Source of the DNA: Vicugna vicugna | Taxonomy: Eukaryota | Assembly: GCA_013265495.1 (NCBI GenBank) | Contig: MU058836.1 | Location: 744,001-808,000, forward strand | Direction of reading: 5' to 3' | Length of the DNA: 64,000 nucleotides | Part shown: positions 63,954-64,000 of the stretch, in pieces | How the letters are laid out: each line of letters opens with the position of its first letter | How positions within the stretch are numbered: position 1 is the first letter of the stretch | The notes under the pieces: generated by a model | What the model was told of the DNA's origin: nothing | Database searches by the model: none | The model's input: only the letters and a program-made list of their open reading frames with translations | Position numbers and translations under genes: made by a program

Positions 63954-64000
63954 GGGCGGGTGTAGCTGAGTGGTAGAGTGTGAGCCTAGCTGCATGAGGT
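63954..64000 (+). mobile_element. 5' end of a tRNA-derived SINE (camelid Vic-1-like), cut by the window edge
   Basis: gggcgggtgtagctgagtggtagagtg...gcatgaggt with Pol III A-box-like TAGCTGAGTGG at 63963-63973, preceded by an A-rich target. Confidence 0.65.

Noticed and set aside
63954..64000. Possible tRNA gene
   Set aside because: Only an A-box-like head with no convincing cloverleaf; it fits a tRNA-derived SINE truncated by the window edge.
1..64000. A novel multi-gene system, CRISPR-like array, or RNA gene cluster
   Set aside because: No repeat-spacer array, rRNA/snRNA/tRNA gene, retrogene or intact transposase/retroviral ORF was seen; the window is explained by RAD23B, old repeats and candidate cis-elements.

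Overview
This is mammalian genomic DNA, probably a camelid, inferred from a young L1 3' end and a tRNA-derived SINE head that resemble camelid families. Bases ~3.9-16.8 kb hold the 3' half of RAD23B on the + strand: five coding exons equivalent to human exons 6-10 (UBA1, Ala/Thr linker, XPC-binding STI1 domain, Gly linker, UBA2). All five have AG acceptors, the four internal ones have GT donors, and the reading frame is continuous to TGA at 14450-14452, followed by a long 3' UTR. The remaining ~47 kb has no recognisable coding gene. It is intergenic DNA (the RAD23B-KLF4 interval if human/mouse synteny holds) packed with old L1, L2, MIR, MaLR LTR and hAT/Tigger remnants, and almost all listed ORFs are spurious or L1 debris. 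I found no evidence of a new multi-gene system. The best leads are regulatory or structural: a CpG-rich element at ~62.5-63.2 kb, a triple-SOX plus octamer cluster at ~61.5 kb, other motif clusters in non-repeat DNA, a strong G-quadruplex motif in the RAD23B 3' UTR, a perfect 69-bp duplication, and a 98-N gap that looks like a false gap. Repeat names and boundaries come from visual recognition and are approximate.
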